A stretch of DNA of 63,763 nt, counting the filler, from Collodictyon triciliatum (lineage: Eukaryota), in assembly GCA_043381765.1 (NCBI GenBank). It is 29 parts of 29 records of this genome, joined end to end, with 100 filler letters (N's around TTAATTAATTAA, not from the genome) between each part and the next. Parts side by side here need not be neighbours in the genome. Positions count along the whole stretch, not along the records: positions 61,739 to 63,763 come from JBHJMP010009698.1; 28 more parts are not named here. One strand, 5' to 3'. This document shows, piece after piece, positions 61,840-63,763 of the stretch. The position numbers were made by a program, and so were the translations under genes. The first letter of the stretch is position 1, and each line of letters begins with the position of its first letter. A model generated the notes under the pieces. That model was not told the DNA's origin, did no database searches, and was given only the letters and a program-made list of their open reading frames with translations.

Positions 61840-63605
61840 TAAAGAACTTGGGCGTTGTCTTTTCCGACGTCAAGAATACGTGTGTGCTCGATGATTACCC
61901 AGCAGGTATAGTCATCTACAGGGGTCAATGACGCAAGATTTGCGGGAACTGGTGCCGCGTTAGCTGCGGTGACAACTGAAGCGTGTTTGCAAGACCCGGC
62001 AAACTGAAGTCCGACTTGCACAATACCTGAGTTGCTGCTTGCGTTGTATCCCGAAAGCTCAAATTCGTCCGAGTAATCTGAGCGGGTCATACTCCACCCC
62101 AATGCAAACAGAGTCGGAGTTTTCCAATAATACTCTTCACACATGAGTGGATTTGTGTTATTTGTACCAACAATTGTATTTGCCGTGACAATCATTGCAT
62201 TCTGAACGGCTTTATTGCTGGCATAATTAAATCCTGCGCCTGTTGTCGGTAAAGTCAGTTGAGTTATTCCAGTATTTGATGCGTCACCGACAGTCATTTG
62301 TAGTGGTTGAGTAACCTGTTGACCGAAGTTGACCTGTCCCAGCATCTCGGCACTTGTGTTATATCCCAATGCTTTCATTAAATAATTAAGAGCTTCAGGT
62401 TGCTGACACAAAGCTTGACCCATTGTTGCACTCGCCAGAAAATTGCTTCCTGCTACTGCACCAGTAGTATTTTGGCCAGCGGCCGGTACATTGGCATAAC
62501 CGGGATTTGATAGTTGAATAGGAACTGATGGTAGCACTTTACCATTGACTGTAAGACGTGCTTGTGATAATCCTTCAATTGCATGCATTCTATCCGTACC
62601 TAGATATCCAAGATTACCCTGTTCACAAGCTCGGGTAAATATAAGATAAATTGCATTTATATTTGAGTATTGAACGGAAATATTTTGTGTAACCCATCCT
62701 GATGTCCTTCTTGGAATATTAAACTGAGTCATAAAATATGTTTCAATTGGAATCTGTAAATTATTATTTATCAAATATTGTGAAAGAGCATTGTTATATG
62801 ATGGCTCCGTTTGAATATAATTAATATTCATTTTTATATTACTTAAAGTATAACTAAGAGTTGTATCAGTTTCACTAACAAAATCATTATAGTCTATTCC
62901 TCCAACAGCGGCTGCTACGTCGTTGTATGTTATCATACCATGACTAAAGCACTCTGATGCGGGTGACATCCAAATACGGATTTCCAATGAATTTGGACCT
63001 AGTAAATAAGCAGGCAATAAAGTTTTTATATTCATCAATCCAAGATATCTAAGCGGAAATCCAATTTGAATAGTGTTACTTGTTGTGCCAGCTGCTCCAA
63101 CTAAAAACAATCTGGACCTATCTAGAACAGACTGACCAATACCCATTCCTCCACTCATCAGATTTACCCAATTTTGGTTATTACACCAATTGTGCTTAAA
63201 AGTTTCCAAATATGAATAGTTGTCGATTCTTTCCAATTCACTGCCATTTAAGTATACTGCAATTCTATAAATAAAACTTTCATAACTTTCACACGGACAC
63301 AATATTGGAATTGTTTTAGCAGCAGCAACTCCGCTAATAACACTTCTTTTTAATCTATCCTGAGCAGCAACTGCATCGGCATCTAGTCCTTTTACAGTCA
63401 AATCAGCCACAATATGGGCGCTATCCATCTGTATACTCCATTCATTATCAATTGGAATCCTAAAAACAATTTGAGGGCCAGATGAATAAGTTGCTGTCTG
63501 CTCCGTTCCATTTGACGGCAGTACTTGTCTCATCTGCTTTTCCAAAATAGTCTTCTTTTTTGACGATACATTTCTAAACTGTAGCTCCTCCGGTAGTGAA
63601 TCCAT
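61836..63605 (-). CDS. Double jelly-roll major capsid protein of Polinton-like virus type, 589 aa, complete and intronless
   Basis: LPEELQF..VLPSNG..QIVFRIP; SFIYRIAVYLNGSELERIDNYSYL; IGFPL..GL..LLP..LEIRIWM; YTLSNIKMNINYI; second barrel INAIYLIF..LTVNGKVLPSVPI..LMKALG..FALG..LSGYN. Beta-rich pattern typical of PLV capsids. Confidence 0.8.
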   Translation of the reverse strand: MDSLPEELQFRNVSSKKKTILEKQMRQVLPSNGTEQTATYSSGPQIVFRIPIDNEWSIQMDSAHIVADLTVKGLDADAVAAQDRLKRSVISGVAAAKTIPILCPCESYESFIYRIAVYLNGSELERIDNYSYLETFKHNWCNNQNWVNLMSGGMGIGQSVLDRSRLFLVGAAGTTSNTIQIGFPLRYLGLMNIKTLLPAYLLGPNSLEIRIWMSPASECFSHGMITYNDVAAAVGGIDYNDFVSETDTTLSYTLSNIKMNINYIQTEPSYNNALSQYLINNNLQIPIETYFMTQFNIPRRTSGWVTQNISVQYSNINAIYLIFTRACEQGNLGYLGTDRMHAIEGLSQARLTVNGKVLPSVPIQLSNPGYANVPAAGQNTTGAVAGSNFLASATMGQALCQQPEALNYLMKALGYNTSAEMLGQVNFGQQVTQPLQMTVGDASNTGITQLTLPTTGAGFNYASNKAVQNAMIVTANTIVGTNNTNPLMCEEYYWKTPTLFALGWSMTRSDYSDEFELSGYNASSNSGIVQVGLQFAGSCKHASVVTAANAAPVPANLASLTPVDDYTCWVIIEHTRILDVGKDNAQVLY

Positions 63606-63632
63606 ATTCTAAAAAAGAAAATAATTTTCTAA

Positions 63633-63763
63633 CTAGTAACCAATTTTATTTCTGATATTGTCGTCGTATGATTTTATGACTTTTCCCAGGGATTCGTTTC
63701 GTTGTGCAGCTCCGCGAATTACAGGCGCGTATTTATTTACTTGGTCAACACCTTTTTTAAATT
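63633..63763 (-). CDS. 3' end of an ORF upstream of and co-oriented with the capsid gene
   Basis: Open frame FKKGVDQVNKYAPVIRGAAQRNESLGKVIKSYDDNIRNKIGY*, ending 27 nt before the capsid ATG. Confidence 0.5.
   Translation of the reverse strand, partial: FKKGVDQVNKYAPVIRGAAQRNESLGKVIKSYDDNIRNKIGY

Noticed and set aside
25614-63605. Fanzor, PLV capsid and NACHT genes as one physically linked system
   Set aside because: They are on separate contigs joined artificially; no linkage can be inferred from this window.

Overview
This window is not one locus. It is a concatenation of about 29-30 unrelated ~2.03 kb contigs joined by an artificial 100-nt linker (N44-TTAATTAATTAA-N44). They come from an AT-rich, intron-rich, microsatellite-rich eukaryote using the standard code, probably a protist; I cannot identify it. 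Adjacency across linkers has no biological meaning. Spliced host gene fragments I recognise: an RGS-domain protein, a CorA Mg2+ transporter, a kelch/Cys-rich protein, LAMTOR1, V-ATPase subunit F, DYRK1, an SsuA/THI5-like binding protein, RNase H1, NDOR1, and several pieces of STAND/NACHT-type proteins (DUF4062, NACHT, TPR-pentapeptide-WD40). Mobile and viral DNA: at least two non-LTR retrotransposon families, including 11-50 bp tail-only insertions with target-site duplications; an ORF1-like repeat; a probable MULE relic; a decayed Fanzor1 (TnpB-like RNA-guided nuclease) followed by G-U-containing hairpins where its omega RNA should lie; and an intronless, gene-dense contig encoding a Polinton-like-virus-type major capsid protein with a giant-virus-style termination hairpin. 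Other points of note are a 2-kb hexamer array whose variation is almost entirely synonymous for (Ser-Gln)n on the minus strand, hypervariable WD40 repeats, and a tRNA-headed structured RNA. All protein calls come from reading motifs by eye; no database search was run.
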